Positions 12,173 to 25,550 of a stretch of DNA of 64,000 nucleotides are shown here, in pieces. The position numbers and the translations under genes are program-made. The stretch spans positions 162,628,001 to 162,692,000 of the forward strand of contig CM059425.1 of the NCBI GenBank assembly GCA_030390025.1, read 5' to 3'. The first letter of the stretch is position 1, and each line of letters starts with the position of its first letter. The notes under the pieces are model-generated. The model was not told the DNA's origin. It was given only the letters and a program-made list of their open reading frames with translations, and did no database searches. The stretch is from Squalus acanthias (Eukaryota).

Positions 12173-14214
12173 AGTATGTTTAAATTGGGTTTGATTAAAA
12201 AGCTGTGTGTGTCATGATTGGCAGGCCTCACTCTCTTCTCTCCCCTCAATGAGGCTTGAACTTTCTGTTCTGCTACATTATGTTGTATTGCTGTTGTGAC
12301 ACGACAGCTCCTCTACTAACTCTGTACTTATTGTTCAATATGTATTATCTTTTTATTAATTAATTTTTTTTCAGTATTCCTGACCACCAGCACAGCTGAA
12401 AATCTACAACTGCACACTTGTTAATTTTTCGCGTCTGCAAAAACATGTTGTCTGTTCATAAATCCTTTCTTGAGGGATCCGCAATTATTAAAGAGACATT
12501 GACAGATGGGGCCAGGATTACTAAAATACAGTGTTTCCCTTGCTTCATCACATTAAAATGTGAACAGTTAAATGAATAACCACAGAACCCTCTTATTATC
12601 AGACCCAATTTGCCAACCAAATGTAGGACATTAAATAGCCTATAGGATTAAACTGGGAGAAAGAGAACTAAAAATGAAATGAAGCAATCAAAGAAAATTA
12701 AAAAGAGCCAGATGTACTCCAGTCTATTCTACTTAACAGGGGTATACACTTGTGAATAGTTTTTTCAAAGACAAAATGTCCCCCATTCATTTCTATGGAA
12801 GCCTGTTTTGTTAAGTGTATAATAATATGGGTAATTGTCTTTGAGTATATGACTTTATAGCCCAACTCTCCATTCTCACCAGTGCTAATGGAAATCTGTA
12901 AATTGTTCATTGATTTATTAGTCCATCCAATGTAAATATCACAGTCTGAGCTCTTTAAGCACTCCCAAACTGTCCTGTGCCTCTAAATACACAATAGCAT
13001 TTTTGTAAATGAACAAGTTTTAATACGACAGCACACATTAAGCGCAAGTACTCCTGTTGAGGGTAAACCCCTGATAACTACTGTATACATAAAACTATGG
13101 AAAAGCCGCTCCACACTGAACATGTGTACTGCATAATAAGATAAAATAAAGTGAGAAAGAGTTGTAGAAATGTTGTAAAATGGGTGGGAAGGGATTAAAG
13201 GATTAACTCTAAGGTCAGGACTATTCACATGCTAATATATTTATAGAGCTAATGAAAGATTTAGGTGTGCGTCTTCATGTGAAATTTAGGTTAGTCTCGA
13301 AGTGTGTGGGAGATTAAATGAACTCCAATAACAAAGTGGGAAGTCTGTATCAATATTTATACAAGTTGTGATGTATTTTAAAACTTACAAAAAGCAATCA
13401 ATTTATTATATTTCTTAAATTGTGCTGTTCTTATTATGTGCCTCAAAAATGGAAGACTGACGTTTTCAATTGTGCAGAGTTCATAGATTGAATTTGAGCA
13501 TCTTTGCATTTTAGACATCAGTTAATTTGAAAATTGAAACACTTTCAAACTCACGTCTCAATACTATGACAAAGCAGTAAATGTTACTCTACTTTTATTT
13601 AGCACTCTGACAAGTCCCTAATTAAGGCATATTACATAATGCACATGCCAAAGGATTAAAAAGGCATGAAAGATTTACTGCATATTTTCTAATATTTTCA
13701 AAGCATCGCATCAGGACAATATAATCGTACTCAAACGTGGCCAGTTGAACATTTTACACATTGGAAAATTGGCATGAGATATTATTTCCCTTAATATGTA
13801 CTGCAAGAAGACTGAATTTAAAAGAAAAAAGTTACAAAACTAAATCACGAGGCCTTATAAAAAGAATACTGCATTGCACAAATGCATATTTTTTTCTCTT
13901 TCAAGTTACTGCAGACGTGCACCTTTTACTGGTATATTAAGCAACATTTAGTGACACAACTGAATCAGGTAAGGACCATTTACGCCACTGCAGCTACCAG
14001 CTTAGATTTCTTTTAACAATACAATTCAAGTCTTTGGAGCAGTGGAAATACTGCAAGAAATGAAACAAATTTCAACTTCAACAATCCTTGATCACATTGT
14101 TTAAGATAGGTTTAAAAAAAAAATGATGCCTCTTCCTTCTTGCCTACTTTCAAAAAAAGTTAAAAAAATGGTGCAAAAATGAATAATCTGCACATACATC
14201 AATAAGGAGGGGGG

Positions 14215-14835
14215 GGGGGGGGAATTTGTTTAGGTCAATTTCTGGGCCCAAAATAGCTGATGTGCTGCAAAAGCCCGTGCCAGAAGACAAAGGCCCAAGG
14301 CTTACCTGGAATTGGGCATCGGATCTCCATGGGCAGCCCAATGTCAGGGATTGAATTTGGGCCTGTTGCCTAGCAGGCAACAGCCTTCAGGTAATCCTGG
14401 GGGGTGGTGTGGAGTGGAGCTTTGGAAAAATGTTGGCCTGAGCGCTGGCTGGTAGAGACCTACAGCAATGCTGTGGAGCTGGGAGGAGATTGCCGGTCCT
14501 CCCAGCTCCACAGGAGGAGAAGTAACAAAAAGCTTCCCTACCATTTCTTTGGTGGCCTCCAATGGTCCCATTAAGGTTAGGCCGCTGCAGAACTGGAAAA
14601 ACTATTTGGAGCACGCACAGCACATGTTACACCTACTTTTTCACAAATTTTGCACAGGATCCTTCTTTGCATTTTTTAATTGATCCAACGCTGCTTTCAT
14701 GCAGCCATCACTGATGCCTAAAATCAGCAACGGCCAATATACTGTCGGCACAGGACCTCGCATCCAGAAATTGGTATATATTTTGCCCATTTTATGCCTG
14801 AAAAGTTGGCACAATGCATACCAATTTCTACCCCA
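14215..14835. mobile_element. Non-autonomous DNA element; related copies at about 27020-27690, 47742-48260 and 49970-50630
   Basis: GC-rich islands that share a GTGGAGC...CTCC...GCTCCAC hairpin motif. Ends are degenerate and boundaries are approximate. Confidence 0.55.
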
Positions 14836-16559
14836 GTATCTTTTGCACTGGTCTTGCTAGTGCAAGAAATGCCAGGCTTTCCAGAATATAAACCTTTCAT
14901 ATGATTAATATTTTAAATTGCTGCATATTCGGTTGACATTACTAATTCAGGTGATCACCCTTTTTCTCGTAAGAGGCTGACGTGCTAAAGAAAACGTCCC
15001 GTCTAAGCTAATTTATCTTTACATATGTACAGTACATATATTAGCATTTATATGCAATGCACAGAATCAAAAACAACACATTAACTGTTACCGAAGTATT
15101 GATTTACTGAATTTCAATGTCAGAATTTGTGCTTAATTACAAAATATATAATTTTTGACTGACATGCAATAAATGTCCACTCTTATGAATAAAGACAGTT
15201 GTACACAATGTAAAAGGGTCAGGGAGGGGCATATGCATATAAATTAAAGAGCAGGACAATAATTTATCTTTGCTAATTAAAAAAAAATCTTTCCAAGGTA
15301 ACTTTTGCTAAAGGACTGAAAATGGTCACAGCAAGAAATATAAAGTTTGCAGGAGAGCAAATTTGCTTCAGTGTCTAACATAGCACTGTGGCTGAGATTT
15401 TAGAATAGGCTGTTCCTAGTTAATCCAGGAACTAAACCTGATTGAAAACTCCCTAACTGGATGAAAGTACCCCTTTAAGAATGCAGACAGCTACACTCTG
15501 TAAATAGCCAATAAGTGAATATTGCAGTTAAATGAACAGAAAATGTCAAACCATTTCATATTACCTCTAATGTAAATACTTCTGTTAGCTGAATAATCTG
15601 ATCTGTAAATTCAAGTTCCAGGAATTCTTCTTTGGTCAAATTATATATTGTACCAAATTCACAGTCTAGCTTAAAGTGTCATCTTTTGCACAGTGTTGTA
15701 TGACTTTTATCAACAAACAGCAAGTTAAAATATTTCATATGAATTTATTTATATTTGGCAATCTTTTTTAAAGCAATGTAAGAAATTGTGCAACAGAATG
15801 TTCTCAGTAATATCTCACTCACTGTGCCTTTCTAACAAACAAAATACTTTTGATTAGTGAATATAATTTGTAACAAAATGAGCCATTCACTTGTAAATTA
15901 CTAACACAATCACTAAGCAATTAAACATTATTTTAGAAGACTTTTTAAAACAAATAACATAAATTAAAAAAAGCTGTATATAGTTTGTATATGCAGATAG
16001 ATTTCAAAAGTACATTTCAGGGGCTTTCCTGCACATTTGGAGATGCGTTCGACATGTGTAGACTGTAAGCTGCAACCTAGTAACATTTAGGCCTCACAAC
16101 TTGAATGAAACAGCACTGTGTAAATTATCATCACGAACAAGGTTGAAAGAAAAGGGAATAAGAAACTCTGCTCCCTGACAATGAAATAAAATTTGCAAGC
16201 CTTGTCACATTTAATGGTTTTCTGCAGAAATGCTCTCAGTACCCTGAGGGTTAATTACCATTTGGATTTTCAGTTTATGTTTGACTGGTGACTTAATTCA
16301 TTACAAACTGTGACAGTCTTGGTTTGCTCCATGCGGTACCAATGCTAGAATACAGCACAATCTTTTTAATGTGTGAAATATCTGCAGCCAGGATTGTTCA
16401 CCATTTTTCTATAGATTGATTATTTACCATGCAACCGCACCCCCCATAATTTTTTTTAAAATATTGGAATTTCTATAGTAGATTATTTTTTTTCTCTCCC
16501 ATGAATCCTTTCAGACCTCAATAGACAGAAAAGATTGAAATGCTCAGGAGATGATTCCT

Positions 16560-17130
16560 CTTTATTTTTTTAATGAAAGGCTGTATAATAAATTTTCTGT
16601 ATGGCAGCAGCTGTCAGCAAAAGCTTTCCAGTTCAGGTCTATTATGGGAGAAGCAATACCCTATCCTATGGCACTGAGATACACACAGGGGCCAGCACTG
16701 ATTGACAGCTTGTCATCATGACGTCTTATTCCATCTCTGTTATGGAGAAAATTAATGTCACACCACCAGCCTTATGACTTGCTGTCATCTTATAACCGCT
16801 CACCTTTTATCAATGCTCCAAATAACATTTCAAGCCCATCGTCTCATGGTGGACAATTCGGTCAAGGGACATTAAATCGGACGACTGTGAAATGTCATAA
16901 TAAAAATGGAATGCTAACAACTTCTTTCCAAACTAGCTCTACTGAATTTAAGGAGTGACAAAGGGGAAAGCAGTGGTTTCATGCTCCCATTCCAAGGAGG
17001 TCACCAAATCGCCTTCTGGCTGCCATCCATTAATGCCCATTAAAGAAAATCAAGGGATATTGTAAGAGGTTTTTTCACATTAATGACTAGAATTGAAATG
17101 CCCATTTAATTTGATGCATTTTCACATTTG
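16560..17130. promoter_or_regulatory. Candidate conserved non-coding enhancer
   Basis: Unique non-repeat sequence with TGATTGACAG (PBX-MEIS/PREP decamer) at 16699-16708, several TGACA/TGTCA sites, a CRE-like TGACGTC and TAAT/ATAAA homeodomain motifs. Conservation was not tested. Confidence 0.4.
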
Positions 17131-18795
17131 GTTACAAATGGTTAAATTACTGTAATACACTCAGTTTCTAGGCTAACTCAATCTGATAGCAGGGTCATGG
17201 CTGCAAATAGTTCTCAGCTTTGCCAAATGATTTAAGTCATTTAAGCAAAAGAATCACAGCCACCCCCAAGTGTATTTTTTGCTTATTTTAAGATTTCCAA
17301 ATCATTAGCCCAGAGAAATAAGTCAATTTCTATTAATCCATAACCAACCTTGAGGTAAATATTAAAGCCATATTATAAAGCAGGTGCAACTATAAATGCA
17401 TTAAGGGAGTCAGATTCCTCCCACCAATTAATATAGTGAAAGGTCAATAGGAGTACAAAATGGTATTTCTTGTTTTGTGTTCATGCCGACTTTTTCAGTA
17501 AAATTGACACGGTATTTCACCGCACCCCACCCCCCCGCCCCTCGAGAGATGAGTAACAACATTTAAAAGGTACCAATGAGCCTTTCATTATTTTTGTGAT
17601 AGTGCCATACATTTATGATTTGTACAAACCTAGGCAAATAGCTGATTCAGAGTCGACAGCAAGAAGAAATCCACCACTGAGTGCAGCAAGTGCCCTGTTA
17701 ATCTGTTTGAAGAGCATTGTAAAGCATTTGTACCACTGCTTCATGTTATCTGCTCACTGCATAGGCTGATAAGAAATGTCTTTATTAAATTCAGTTATCC
17801 AGTGCACGCCAGTCAGGGATGGGGATATTTTAATATAATATTTCACGTATTTAAAGCTCTGTTGAACTGTTCCTACTGCCATGTTTGAGTGCCTAGTGTA
17901 GCTGTATTAAAATAATAGCCTGCATATCAAGTGAGAGGATTTTTAATTGCAGTATGTTATTACTTTTTTTATTATGTAGAGCCTGGGATACATTGTTTTA
18001 AGCTAAACCCAGTGTAATAGCTCCTCTCTCTGCTCGTTCTGTAAAACTGCAGTGAGTGAGTTGCATTTCAGTATTTCACCAACTACATTTTCAAAGGTAC
18101 ATGTAAAGTTTCATGTGGCAGCACGATGGTGCAACATATTTGATCCCAAACGCATAACATTATTCAGTAGTGGTTTACAGGCTCCCATAGTGATCCTCTA
18201 CACATAGAGTTTCTGGACTTAGCCATAGCCATGCTGCCAGGCACGTTCCTACAGGGAGGAGGCAGAAAGTAAAGGTGGTCAGTCTGAGCCACTCTCGGGC
18301 AATTCTTCGAGGCCCGTTTCAGAAGAAACCTGAGAGCAGATCACCCACCTGTCCTCTTGGCTGGAGATAGTGTGTGGCACATGATAAATGGGAAGTAGAG
18401 AAAATATTCAAAGAAAAGGGAGTCTTACCCTGAATAAACAAAACAATCATGTTGGTTTTCTTTTTAAATGTTATTATTTCACATTCTTTTTCCAATTTCA
18501 TTTATTTGTCCTCTTCTCTCTTAGATCTTTCCTGGTCACACACCATTCATTGGCTAAGAGATGTGGGCAGCTGCTTTGCTCAAAGGCCTCTGCCAATCCT
18601 GCTGTTGAGTTGGGATACTATGAAGTACACTTCTCTGTCTCTGATTTTATCTCCCCCTTTCGCTTAACACCTGCACTTGTTATTAGAGCCAAGATCAGGA
18701 ACGTGCCATATGGAGATTTATGGTGAAAATTCATCTCCTGCCATTCAATGGCACAGCACATTGAGGATCTAATGCATACGCTATCTCTCACTGTT

Positions 18796-20081
18796 CCTCA
18801 AATTCGGCTGCCCTCAAAAGTTTGTCACCATCCTCCGCCTGCTTCACAACGACATGCAAGCCGTGATCCTGACCAACGGATCCACCACAGACCCAATTCA
18901 CGTACGGACCAGGGTGAAGCAAGGCTGTGTCATCGCACCAACGCTCTTCTCGATCTTCCTGGCTGCAATGCTCCATCTCACCCTCAGTAAGCTCCCCACT
19001 GGAGTGGAGCTAATCTACAGAACAAACGGGAAACTGTTCAACTACCTTCGCCTCCAGTCCAGATCCAAGGTCGTCCCATCCTCTATCATCGAATTACAGT
19101 ATGCAGACGATGCTTGCGTCTACGCACACTCGGAGGCCGAACTCCAACCGAAGCGTACGGGAGCATAGGCTTTCCACTAAACATCCGTAAGACAAAGGTC
19201 CTCTACCAACCTGCCCCCGCTACACAGTACTGCTCCCTGATTATCAAAATCCATGATGAGGCCTTGGACAACGTGGACCACTTTCCATACCTCGGGAGCC
19301 TACTGTCAACAAGGGCAGACATCGATGACGAAGTCCAACACCGCCTTCAGTGTGCCAGTGCAGCCTTCGGTCACCTGAGGAAGAGAGTGTTTGAAGACCA
19401 GGACCTCAAACCCGGCACCAAGCTCATGGTCTATAGAGCAGTAGTGATACCCGCCCTCCTATATGCTTCAGAGACATGGACCATGTGCAGCAGGCACCTC
19501 AAAGCACTGGAGAGATACCACCAACGCTGCCTCCGCAAGATCCTGTAAATCCATTGGCAGGATAGGTGCACCAAAGTCAGTGTTCTCGCTCAGGCCAACA
19601 TCCCCAGCATCGAAGCTTTGACCACGCTCGAACAGTTCCGATGGACGGGCCACATCGTCCGTATGCCCGATACGAGACTCCCAAAGCAAGTGCTCTACTC
19701 GGAGCTCCGACACAGCAAGAGAGCCCCAGGTGGGCAGAGGAAACGCTTCAAGGACACCCTCAAAGCCTCCTTGAAAAAGTGCAACATCCCCACCGACACC
19801 TGGGAGTCCCTGGCCCAAGACTGCACAAAGTGGAGGAGAAGCATCCGGGAAGGCGCCTAACACCTCGAGTCTCTTCGCTGGGAGCAAGCGGAAGCCAAGC
19901 GCAAATAGCGGAAGGAGCGCATGTCAACCCAAGAACCCCACCCACCCGCCCCTTCAACCACCGTCTGCCCCACCTGTGACAGAGACTGTAGGTCCCGCAT
20001 TGGACTCATCAGTCACCTGAGAACTCATTTTTAGTGTGGAAGCAAGTCATCCTCGGTTCTGAGGGACTGCCTAAGAAGAAG
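18796..20081 (+). mobile_element. 5'-truncated RTE-clade LINE
   Basis: Motifs GVKQGC-like RVKQGCVIAPTLF, LQYADD, FPYLGS, LLYASETW and a C-terminal CPTC..GL.SH zinc finger. It ends in an (AAG)n tail and is flanked by a 38-bp direct repeat. Confidence 0.93.
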
Positions 20082-20234
20082 ACATTGAAGATCTAATGCA
20101 TACGCTATCTCTCACTGTTTTTCTTTCCTTTCCCCTCCCCCAATAATTTGTCACTTCCCCCCTGAAGCCCTTCATTATTTGCAGGCTATTCAACCACAGG
20201 GGCATCATAGCTGATCCTGATCTTGTCCTCACCT

Positions 20235-20960
20235 GGGCCTGGAGTTTCCATTAGATTGCATTTTTTTTTCAGCACAGTTTCCCTGAAATCGGCGAAACCA
20301 GCGCAAAAGATGGAGGAATTTGAAGCGCAAATTATGTCCAGCGCAAATCGAGTTTCTGAGATCCTTTGCGCCAGTTTAAAAAACATCGCGCTAGAAGTTG
20401 GCCCTGCCCACAAAACTGGCCACACCCCCGATCAAATTAATCACGATTGAGGGTTTCCAGTAATTGTGCCTGTTTGTGGCCCTTCGAGGAGGTTCTTAAA
20501 ATTAAGCTGGTTCTTTTGGGTCGCAAGGACACTAATAGGTACATTTTAAATCTTTTGAATATAATTTTATTATAATTATTAGGAAACTGACTACTGTACA
20601 AAAATATAACTAGCAAATGGTTCTGTATAGTTTTTACAGTCATTTTCAGTTATTTAAAATTGGGTTAATCACAGGTGGAGGACTAGACACTGATTAAAAA
20701 TGCTTTTTTTTTGTGATAAACTCATTTTTGGCTGTATTAATAAAACCGCACCAGGTTATATTTTAAAGCAAAACTTTTTTTAAATTGACGTTCTATATCG
20801 CTGCCCGATTGTGCTGATTCACGTCAGATTTTACATTTGGCGATATGCAAATAAATTTGAGCGGAAACTTGAGAAAAAGGAACACTTCTCAAAACTAGCG
20901 CAATTTTGGGTGCAATTTGCGCCCGGATCACCGATTGCGGCCAAAGCTGAAACTCTACCC
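20235..20960. mobile_element. Harbinger-type MITE; inverted homologue at 59274-60021
   Basis: Ends are GGGCCTGGAGTTTCC and GAAACTCTACCC. The AT-rich core is the reverse complement of 59550-59760 (for example gcaaggacactaatagg versus cctattagtgtccttgc). Confidence 0.8.
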
Positions 20961-21143
20961 ACTGATGTCTACTTGTGCACTTCCAATAGGAACTATTGGA
21001 TAGTGATCAAGAGTGGGAACATTGACTCACTTTACCCTCCCTAACACTGAAGCAAATTATCGCGCCCTTACGATCCCCCTCGACTGAAATCAGTTAACTC
21101 AGTATAGGCCAGGGATTGAACTTAGGATTGTCCTGGACTTAAT

Positions 21144-23155
21144 GGCCATGATTTTACTAATGGAGGCGGCTTGAGTGCGGGTCCGCTGCTCAGTGGCTTT
21201 CCAACCCGCTCCCGGCAGCCGCCTCCCAGAACTTACGAATTTGCATTGATTGGCCTCGTTACGGCCGACGTGCGGGTCCCTCCAGGTAATTGCTTTGAGG
21301 CTGTCAGTTTCTCGCATCTGATGACGTGTTGTTGGAAAGATAATTTAAAGGGGCCATGTCCCCTTTGGGAAAAATGTCAATGTGATGGTTTGGTGCTGTA
21401 ATATATAGAAGGGGGAGTTGACAGCGTCTATTCACAGAATCCCCACAATGCAGATAGAGGCCATTTCGGCCCATCGAGCCTGCACCGACACATATCCCAC
21501 CCTATCCCCGCAACCCCACGTATTTAATCCCCCTAACACTAAGGGTCAATTTATCATAGCCAAATCAACCTAACCCGCACATCTTTGGACTGTGGAAGGA
21601 AACCGGAGCACCCGGAGGAAACCCACACAGACACGGGGAGAATGTGCAAACTCCACACAGACAGTCACCCGAGGCCGGATTCGAACCCGGGTCTCTGGCG
21701 CTGTGAGGCAACAGTGCTAACCACTATGCCACCGTGTTGCTATTCTGAACAAAATTTAATTAATGAAATTGCTGGTCATATTTTTCCAGAAATATTTTTA
21801 TGATTTTTTGTATACATCAATTTATAAACTGACTATGAAATGAAAAAGATGTCAGATTTGTTCCAATCATTGGCTTCGTGATATCAATGCTTTTTTCTCT
21901 TAAAGGTGCTGGGAGCTGCAGGAATGGCAGCCCCAAAAGCTAAGACTGCACCCAGGCTCAATGAGGGCTCTCTCCATGCTCTTGTTGAGGGAGTTAGAGG
22001 ACGTCAGGAGCTCCTCTTCCCTGGAAACAGAAGGAGGAGGCCTCCTCAGCAAACCAAGGCAGCTTGGCTGCAAATTGCTGAGGAGGTGAGCTCGAGATCT
22101 GTGTGCAGACGCACATGAGTTCAGTGTGGAAAATGGTTTAATGATCTGCTGAGATCACCTAAAGTGTGGCCTCTGTGTTCTGGGAAATGGAAGTCAAGAA
22201 TGAGGGCTCAGGGTGATTTCCATGTAGAATGTTGGTGGTGACACGGAGCGCAAACCACCGTTTATTGGACAGATGATGCCTGGGATTTTGAGAATGTCGG
22301 ACTTATATTCATCTCCATGTGCCAGTCACCTGTGGTTGAAGCATAAGATTACGCGAATCTGGCATGGATGAGTGCATCCCTTGTCTGAGGGCCATCAATG
22401 TGATTGCCTGCTGCTGGATTGGCCACATCCGGCCCCGCAAGGCATCACTCCCCATCCTCCTACTCATCCTCCTCCTCGTCCTCTTCATCATCCTCTTCCT
22501 CTTCCTCCAAGGAGGCTGTGTGCTGAGCCACTTGTTCATCCAGCAGCACTAAGCCACGCTGCTCTTCCTCCGAATCTGGCGACCAGGATGAGAGGATGTA
22601 AATGGTTCCGATCCCATTGTTACAGATTTCAGTTGAGGCAAGACGCTTGCAAAGCGCACACTCAAAGTGTGCTGAAATTATTCCAATCAGTTCAAACAGC
22701 AGATATGTGTCAGCTTGACCAGTCACAAGGTCAGTAGATTTGCAAAATCCTATCCCAAACCTCCAACAACAAAGTTGTTGCATTTGAATGCCAGCCATGT
22801 TACAGGGGCGCTTTTAAAGTTCTGCACCAATAATGACTACAGATCATGTCCTCCACCAACTCGTCTCCTTGCAGCAGGACTGTTTCTGACAAGACGGGAA
22901 TCAGGATCCAGAGGCACAAAAATGGGAAACCTCTATCAAAATAGGATTATCAAGGCAGTTAACAGGCTCTTAACTACCTTAACTACCTGGCCCACTGGTT
23001 GGAATTGGGTCAGTTTGGGAGCAGCTGAACAGACACTCAGGAAAATCGCGTGGGGACGGGATGGAGGTGGGTTGGGTGTCTGAAGCCATTTTTTCTGATT
23101 TTACCAGCTTACACGCCTCCAAACCCGCCTCCTCAGGGCTATTAAAATCGAGCCC
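21144..23155. mobile_element. Deleted PIF/Harbinger element, opposite orientation to 5226-9383
   Basis: Myb exon 1 is on + at about 21924-22163 (PRLNEGSLHALVEGVRGRQELLFP...WFNDLLRS, with an internal stop). Transposase N- and C-terminal remnants are on - at about 22370-22620. Termini are degenerate: GGCCATGATTTT and AAAATCGAGCCC. Confidence 0.8.
21432..21740 (-). mobile_element. tRNA-derived V-SINE (HE1-like) with CR1-type tail
   Basis: The minus strand has an A box (TGGCATAGTGG), a B box (GGTTCGAATCC) and the V-domain gtggagtttgcacattctcccc...gggtgctccggtttcc. Confidence 0.85.
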
Positions 23156-24280
23156 TATGTATTAGCTACTCACCGGCCTAACCAACTGAGCCATTGTGAA
23201 AGCTCTTGTATTAATTTTTAAGTAATATATAATTTTAAAAATCTTCCTGGTATATTATATGGCATCATTGCAGAGCTACGTTCCCTGGTGTTGCTTGTAC
23301 CAAGGGAAAGGTTATGTTACCAACTGTATTGAAAGAAATATATTCTTCTTGTTTCTGCTGCTGCTGGTACAGTGGAACTCAGATTGTGCCTATAAGCAGC
23401 AGTTTGGTGGGGGTGGGTGCGCGTGGATATCTTCAGCAGCATCCAGCTCAACAATTCACATCCTTGCACACAAAAAGCAGCAAGGCCGACCTAAATTCAG
23501 CCTGAAATTAGGCTTATTTCTCCACAAACTCTGAACAAAATGGCCCAGAATGTCCACGGTGTATAAACCAGTTTCCCACCAGAGCTCTGGAAGGGACCAG
23601 TAGAACACTCACCAAATGTTAGGCCCAATTTATACATGTTTAAATAATACAGCAAAGTTTTGCATGACAATTTAAAACTAATATTGCTCATGATTTAACT
23701 TAATACATCGTGCCAAGATGCATCAAATCTCTGGAAATTACTCATGAGGTAACTAGTTTTGACATCACCTGTCTATCTGGACCACAGACACAGCAACTTG
23801 TTAAATGGTTGGTGGGCCCAATGTTTCTCTTAAAAAAAAAAGTAATAAGCTGTTTAATCTGGTTAGTCTAATAGCGCAACGAGATCAAACCTTAATGCTT
23901 AACCCCCTGATTGGCTGGGAAACATCTTAGGAACTAGCAAATTACAGTGCAGTTAATGGACTGCAGGTCAGTGGAGGCAGAGCAAAGTTTATTATTTATT
24001 CAGTATTCGATCATAGCAACTCAGTCAGCAATGCCAATGAGGACAGGTGAATTTGTGTTGGCAATCTGGAATGAGATTTGAACTTGCAAGCCCCAGTAGG
24101 GAGGTAAATGCTCCACTGTTATAAGCGACCTATTTATGAAAGCAGTTCTACAATATGATCTGGCTCACGCATTAGGTGGACCTTGGTCTGTTTTTTCTAG
24201 CAATTCCAATGTGCCAATCTTACAGGCCAGCAATGTCAAAATAGCACAGCTAGCCTGTAAAGGTTAACCGTCCCTTTTGT

Positions 24281-25550
24281 TCTGATCCTGTACAGATGAA
24301 CTGTCCTCTAGTTCTGATCCTGTACAGATGAACTATCCTCTAGTTCTGATCCTGTACAGATGAACTATCCTCTAGTTCTGATCCTGTACAGATGAACCGT
24401 CCTCTATTTCTGATCCTGTACAGATGAACCATCCTCTAGTTCTGATCCTGTACAGATGAACTATCCTCTAGTTCTGATCCTGTACAGATGAACCATCCTC
24501 TAGTTCTGATCCTGCACAGATGAACTATCCTCTAGTTCTGATCCTGTACAGATGAACCATCCTCTAGTTCTGATCCTGTACAGATGAACCATCCTCTAGT
24601 TCTGATCCTGTACAGATGAACTATCCTCTAGTTCTGATCCTGTACAGATGAACTATCCTCTAGTTCTGATCCTGTACAGATGAACCATCCTCTAGTTCTG
24701 ATCCTGCACAGATGAACTATCCTCTAGTTCTGATCCTGCACAGATGAACTATCCTCTAGTTCTGATCCTGTACAGATGAACTATCCTCTAGTTCTGATCC
24801 TGCACAGATGAACCATCCTCTAGTTCTGATCCTGTACAGATGAACTATCCTCTAGTTCTGATCCTGTACAGATGAACTATCCTCTAGTTCTGATCCTGCA
24901 CAGATGAACCATCCTCTAGTTCTGATCCTGCACAGATGAACCATCCTCTAGTTCTGATCCTGTACAGATGAACCATCCTCTAGTTCTGATCCTGTACAGA
25001 TGAACCATCCTCTAGTTCTGATCCTGCACAGATGAACCATCCTCTAGTTCTGATCCTGTACAGATGAACCATCCTCTAGTTCTGATCCTGTACAGATGAA
25101 CCATCCTCTAGTTCTGATCCTGTACAGATGAACCATCCTCTAGTTCTGATCCTGTACAGATGAACCATCCTCTAGTTCTGATCCTGTACAGATGAACTAT
25201 CCTCTAGTTCTGATCCTGTACAGATGAACTATCCTCTAGTTCTGATCCTGTACAGATGAACCATCCTCTAGTTCTGATCCTGCACAGATGAACTATCCTC
25301 TAGTTCTGATCCTGCACAGATGAACTATCCTCTAGTTCTGATCCTGTACAGATGAACTATCCTCTAGTTCTGATCCTGCACAGATGAACCATCCTCTAGT
25401 TCTGATCCTGTACAGATGAACCATCCTCTAGTTCTGATCCTGTACAGATGAACCATCCTCTAGTTCTGATCCTGTACAGATGAACCATCCTCTAGTTCTG
25501 ATCCTGTACAGATGAACTATCCTCTAGTTCTGATCCTGTACAGATGAACC
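24281..25550. repeat. 32-bp minisatellite, 39 full units plus a partial unit
   Basis: Unit is TCTGATCCTG(T/C)ACAGATGAAC(T/C)ATCCTCTAGT, arranged head to tail with no spacers. Confidence 0.98.

Noticed and set aside
21660..21740. tRNA gene
   Set aside because: The A and B boxes belong to a SINE head that continues into the V-domain.
24281..25550. 32-bp repeats resembling a CRISPR array
   Set aside because: Units are contiguous with no unique spacers, there are no cas genes, and the context is a vertebrate intron.
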